A DNA stretch of 64,000 nt from Candidatus Poribacteria bacterium (GTDB lineage: Bacteria; Poribacteria; WGA-4E; GCA-2687025): contig OY762492.1 of NCBI GenBank assembly GCA_963665845.2, positions 544,001 to 608,000 on the forward strand, in the 5' to 3' direction. The notes beneath the pieces were generated by a model, which was not told where the DNA came from, did not search any database, and was given only the letters and a program-made list of their open reading frames with translations. Made by a program: the position numbers and the translations under genes. Numbering within the stretch: position 1 is the stretch's first letter; each line of letters starts with the position of its first letter. Positions 60,485-64,000 of the stretch are shown in pieces.

Positions 60485-62299
60485 ATGAACAAAACGCCCG
60501 CTTACACGCGCTGGAACCTGCCTGAAGACGCCTCCGCGCGTCTTGGAAAAAGCATGGTTGGCGACATTGACTACTCGCCGGACGGGTCGGTCATCGCGGT
60601 ATGCGGCAAGGCGGGGCTTTGGATATACGACGCAAAGACCTGCGCTGAAATCGCGCTGCTCGGCGAGAACGGAGAAGAGGCGCATGCGGCGGCGTTTTCG
60701 CCGGACGGGAGCCGAATCGCGGTTGCCTCGCCCGGCGTCTCCCCGACAAAACTATGGAACGCGCGGACATGGACGCTTGAAGGCGCGTTTGAAAACAGCA
60801 GAAACGGTTGGGGCATCGCCTATTCGCCGGACGGCGAAACGATCGCCGTGGCAGACAACGGCAAGAATGTGCGGCTGTATGATGTCAAGAGCTTCGAGCG
60901 CATTGCAACGCTTAAAGGGCATACAGAAGATGTGTACATCCTTGCGTTTTCACCCGACAGCAAAACGCTCGCCAGCGGCGCCTACGACAATACGGCGATC
61001 CTGTGGGATTTGGACAAACAGAAGCTGGGGCGGCGTTTGGAGGGACACCAGCTTGTGATAACCGGCGCCGCCTTTTCGCCGGACGGAAAAACTCTGGCGA
61101 CATGCAGCGACGACAAAACGGCGCGGCTCTGGGATGTCCAAACAGGGCGGTGCGACGCCATCTTGAAGGGACACCGCGGCGATGTACGATCGGTCGCCTT
61201 TTCGCCGGACGGGCAGAACCTTGTAACCGCAAGCGAGGACAAGACAGCCCGCGTCTGGGACGCTCAAACAGGCCGTTACCGGCAACAGCTGATTGGCAAT
61301 GTCGGAGGCCTTAACTGCGCCGTCTATTCGCCGGACGGCAAAACGATTGCCACAGGCGGAGACCTCAAAGACGGCATGCTCAAGTTGTGGGATTCAGCGG
61401 CATGCTCCGTTCGCCAAACGATTGAGGGGCATACCTCCTGTCTCGGCGGAATGGCGTATTCGCCCGACGGACGGACGCTCGCCGCCGGTTACTGGGACGA
61501 TTCGATACGGATATGGGATGTCCAAACGGGAGCCATGTTGAAGCGGCTTTTGGGGCATACTGCCGCTGTCCAATGCGCCGCGTATTCGCCCGACGGACGG
61601 ACGCTTGCCAGCGGGTCGTATGATCGTACGGCGCGGTTATGGGACGCTCGGACAGGGGAGCCGCTGAAAATATTGAAAGGACATGAGAAAGCGGTTTACG
61701 CCGCGGCGTTTTCACCGGACGGACATACGCTGGCAAGCGGAAGTTTTGACGAGACCGTGCGCATTTGGAATATCCAGAGCGGGAAGCCGGAGATGGTTTT
61801 TCGAGCGCATGAGCGGGGCGTTCTATGCGCCGCCTATTCCCCGAATGGACGCTTCATTGTCAGCGGCGGATGGGACGCCGCGATACGGATATGGGATGTC
61901 CAAACATATGCGATCCACAGGATGCTGGAAGGACATGAAAACAGAATCCTAGCCGTGACGTTTTCACCCGACGGAAAGATGGTTTTGAGCGGCGGCAGGG
62001 ACGATACAGCGCGGCTCTGGGATGTCCTAAGCGGGCGGCTGATCAAGACGCTCTACAGCGGCAACAGCGGCATTCGAGGTTCTGTCAGTTGCCTTGCGTT
62101 TTCACCCGACGGAAAGACGTTTGCTATTAACGACGGCATGCATGGCGCGCTCTTTTACGACCCGCGAACAGGCGCCTTCAAAGCGGATCATGAATGGTTA
62201 GGCGGACTGGTTGAAGAAATCGCCTTTTCGCCGGATGGGCAGACGCTCGCCGCCGGCAACACCGGAGGATCCGTCATTCTATCGCCGGCTCCGCAATAG
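60485..62299 (+). CDS. WD40-repeat protein (WNLPE..ARLGK family)
   Basis: About 14 WD repeats, no signal peptide. Confidence 0.92.
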   Translation: MNKTPAYTRWNLPEDASARLGKSMVGDIDYSPDGSVIAVCGKAGLWIYDAKTCAEIALLGENGEEAHAAAFSPDGSRIAVASPGVSPTKLWNARTWTLEGAFENSRNGWGIAYSPDGETIAVADNGKNVRLYDVKSFERIATLKGHTEDVYILAFSPDSKTLASGAYDNTAILWDLDKQKLGRRLEGHQLVITGAAFSPDGKTLATCSDDKTARLWDVQTGRCDAILKGHRGDVRSVAFSPDGQNLVTASEDKTARVWDAQTGRYRQQLIGNVGGLNCAVYSPDGKTIATGGDLKDGMLKLWDSAACSVRQTIEGHTSCLGGMAYSPDGRTLAAGYWDDSIRIWDVQTGAMLKRLLGHTAAVQCAAYSPDGRTLASGSYDRTARLWDARTGEPLKILKGHEKAVYAAAFSPDGHTLASGSFDETVRIWNIQSGKPEMVFRAHERGVLCAAYSPNGRFIVSGGWDAAIRIWDVQTYAIHRMLEGHENRILAVTFSPDGKMVLSGGRDDTARLWDVLSGRLIKTLYSGNSGIRGSVSCLAFSPDGKTFAINDGMHGALFYDPRTGAFKADHEWLGGLVEEIAFSPDGQTLAAGNTGGSVILSPAPQ

Positions 62300-62300
62300 A

Positions 62301-64000
62301 ATGAAGCGGCTGCATGAACAAACGCCCGCCTACGCGCATTGGAATTTGCCTGAAGGCGCCATCGCCCGTCTCGGCAAAGGGTGGATTTCTGACATCGCCT
62401 ACTCTCCAGACGGGAATATCTTGGCGGTCTGCGCCGGCCCAGGCATCTGGCTCTACGACGCGAAGACATGCGCCGAATTGTCGCTGTTGAGCGTCCCCGG
62501 CGAGGGCGCGCGCGCCGCCGTCTTTTCTCCCGCCGGCAGCGCGCTCGCCGCGGCGCATACGGGCGGAACGGCGCGAATATGGAACGCCCGGACGGGGGAG
62601 ATTCAGGCTGAAGCGGAAGAGATCTTCGACGCCCGATGCGCCGCATACTCGCAGGACGGCAAGACGATCGCCTTCGGCGCCGGCAGGACGATTCACCTGT
62701 TGGACGCCCGGCACGGCGAGACATTCACAACGCTGGACGGGCATCGGGGCGACGTCAACGCGGTCGCCTTTTCGCCGGACAGCGGGACGCTCGCCAGCGG
62801 CGGAAATGACAAAACAGTACGGATCTGGGACGCTGAAACAGGGGAGCGGCGCAAGAAAATCGCCCATAAGAACGATGATGTGAGATGTCTTGCCTTTTTC
62901 TCTGACGACAATATGATTGTCAGCGGCGGCGAAAAGTTGCGGCTTTGGGATGTCCATTCCGGGCATCTCCAAGCGGAGTTAAAGGGCAATACAGGGGCAA
63001 TCTCTTCAGTCGACCGTTCGCCGGACGGAACGGGGCTGCTCGCCGCCTGCGGCGACAGGACGGCGCGCATATGGGACGCCCAGTACGGCCGTCTCAGCCG
63101 ACAGCTGATTGGACATCTCGGCGGCATCGATTGCGCCGTCTATTCGCCGGACGGCAAAACGATCGTCACAGGAGGAAAAGGGGACGACGGAACGCTGCGG
63201 TTCTGGGATGTCCAGACAGGAGCCGTCCGCCAAACCGCCGCAGGACACACCGCTGTTGTGGACGGCCTCGCCTTCTCTCCCGACGGCAAAACGCTCGCTA
63301 CTGGACATCGGGACGACGCGATTCGGCTTTGGGATGTCCAAACATGCGCTCATTTGAAAACGATGCGCGGACACAGAGAAGATGTGAATTGCCTCGCCTA
63401 TTCGCCGGATGGACAGACCGTCGCCAGCGCATCCGACGACGACACCGCCAGGCTCTGGGATGTCCAAACAGGGAGGCAAAAAAAGGTTCTTAAAGGACAT
63501 GAAGATGTCGTTTTCGGAGTCGCATTCAACCCAAGCGGAAAAACGATCGCAACCGCCGGCTTCGACAAAACAATCCGAATATGGGATGTCCAAACAGGAC
63601 GGCAGAAAACAAAGCTGGTTGGACATGCCGAAGAGGTCAGTTATGTCGCATACGCCCCGAATGGACAGACGCTCGCCAGCGCATGCGACGATGGAACCAT
63701 ACGGCTGTGGGACGTTCCAACCGGCGCCCCCGCCGCAGAGTTGAAAAGCGACCAACTAAAGATGATGTATCAGATCGTCTTTTCGCCAAATGGACGTCTG
63801 CTTGCCGGCGTCGGGTACGGAAACGTCGTCTGCCTATGGGATGTTCGCAAGCGCCAGCTTCACAAGACCTTTGAAGGGCATACCGGCGAGTACATCTTTA
63901 GCGCCGCCTACTCTCCAGATGGACATACGATTGCCAGCGGAGGCATATACAAAACCGTTCGCTTATGGGATGTCCAAACAGGCGAGTCTACAGCGGTTCT
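62301..64000 (+). CDS. WD40-repeat protein, paralog of the previous gene (runs off window)
   Basis: Hand translation of both ends is in one frame: MKRLHEQTPAYAHWNLPEGAIARLGKG...RLWDVQTGESTAV. Absent from the track, consistent with no stop in the window. Confidence 0.88.
   Translation, partial: MKRLHEQTPAYAHWNLPEGAIARLGKGWISDIAYSPDGNILAVCAGPGIWLYDAKTCAELSLLSVPGEGARAAVFSPAGSALAAAHTGGTARIWNARTGEIQAEAEEIFDARCAAYSQDGKTIAFGAGRTIHLLDARHGETFTTLDGHRGDVNAVAFSPDSGTLASGGNDKTVRIWDAETGERRKKIAHKNDDVRCLAFFSDDNMIVSGGEKLRLWDVHSGHLQAELKGNTGAISSVDRSPDGTGLLAACGDRTARIWDAQYGRLSRQLIGHLGGIDCAVYSPDGKTIVTGGKGDDGTLRFWDVQTGAVRQTAAGHTAVVDGLAFSPDGKTLATGHRDDAIRLWDVQTCAHLKTMRGHREDVNCLAYSPDGQTVASASDDDTARLWDVQTGRQKKVLKGHEDVVFGVAFNPSGKTIATAGFDKTIRIWDVQTGRQKTKLVGHAEEVSYVAYAPNGQTLASACDDGTIRLWDVPTGAPAAELKSDQLKMMYQIVFSPNGRLLAGVGYGNVVCLWDVRKRQLHKTFEGHTGEYIFSAAYSPDGHTIASGGIYKTVRLWDVQTGESTAV

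Overview
High-GC bacterial chromosomal window. The WD40 expansions with 'WNLPEGA.ARLGK' N-termini, a secreted NPCBM protein ending in a 'VDP.GK...WG.LK' tail, and a PmoA-like/DUF6807 protein suggest Candidatus Poribacteria or a similar sponge-symbiont lineage (inference). Housekeeping genes include valS, gyrB, tsaB, moaD/moaE, sodC, an aspC-like aminotransferase and a heptose kinase. Other content: an SfiI/BglI-like type II R-M pair, a Klenow-only family A polymerase, an uncharacterised DUF6754 membrane cluster, seven tandem WD40 lipoprotein-type genes, and an ECF sigma followed by two more WD40 genes. Signals the ORF track misses: (1) a UxxC selenoprotein peroxiredoxin with a SECIS-like hairpin (4768-5442); (2) a self-contained ~85-nt candidate sRNA with promoter, anti-Shine-Dalgarno seed and terminator (24266-24349, minus); (3) an IS4-like element plus ~168-bp MITEs that share its TIRs and carry a dRS3-like palindrome, forming intergenic mosaic elements; (4) an apparent ATC start codon for aspC. 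No rRNA, tRNA or CRISPR array was seen.
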